Shown here: positions 38,901 through 39,004 of the stretch, in pieces
Position numbering within the stretch: position 1 is the first letter of the stretch
Layout of the letters: each line of letters begins with the position of its first letter
Sequence record: OQ031074
Source: Shigella phage SFP21A
Reading direction: 5' to 3' (one strand)
DNA: 39,004 bases
The notes under the pieces: generated by a model
What the model was told of the DNA's origin: nothing
Databases searched by the model: none
The model's input: the letters and a program-made list of their open reading frames with translations, nothing else
Program-made: the position numbers and the translations under genes

Positions 38901-39004
38901 CCAAGAGTATGACTCAAGGTTTCCCTGTAACTTCAGTCCATACGGATTGGGCATAGCGAAGTAACTAAACTTTATTTCTTTCATTCGAATAGGAGAATTA
39001 TCAT

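Overview
The window reads as a circularly permuted, apparently complete ~39 kb genome of a T7-like podophage (Autographiviridae, T7/T3-type gene order). All convincing genes are on the + strand; the minus-strand ORFs in the track look like shadows of + strand genes. The window begins exactly at the ATG of the major capsid gene, and that gene's phage promoter and RBS sit at the window end. Order: capsid (10) > tail tube (11, 12) > internal core (13-16) > tail fibre (17) > holin, small terminase, spanins, large terminase (19) > non-coding terminal-repeat / concatemer-junction region (~17.47-18.15 kb) > two host sigma70-type early promoters > SAM hydrolase (0.3) > protein kinase (0.7) > RNA polymerase (1) > ligase (1.3) > gp2, SSB, endonuclease I, amidase, primase-helicase, DNA polymerase, exonuclease > 6.7, 7, 7.3 > portal (8) > scaffold (9). 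Twelve phage-RNAP promoters share the core ACTAAACTATCACTATAGGGA, which is neither the T7 nor the T3 consensus in the upstream specificity region. Two intrinsic terminators and a family of conserved RNase III-type hairpins are visible. No tRNA, CRISPR array, integrase or transposase was seen. Nothing here looks like a wholly new multi-gene system; the most unusual single feature is an 832-aa tail fibre carrying a complete SGNH/GDSL esterase motif set. Other points worth follow-up are a T3-type SAM hydrolase in a genome with non-T3 promoters, a 0.7 kinase without the C-terminal shut-off domain, several unassigned early genes, an acidic protein at the gene 5.9 position, and a divergent N-terminal domain on gp16. 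All homology statements rest on reading the translations and on recalled T7/T3 sequences; no database search was run.
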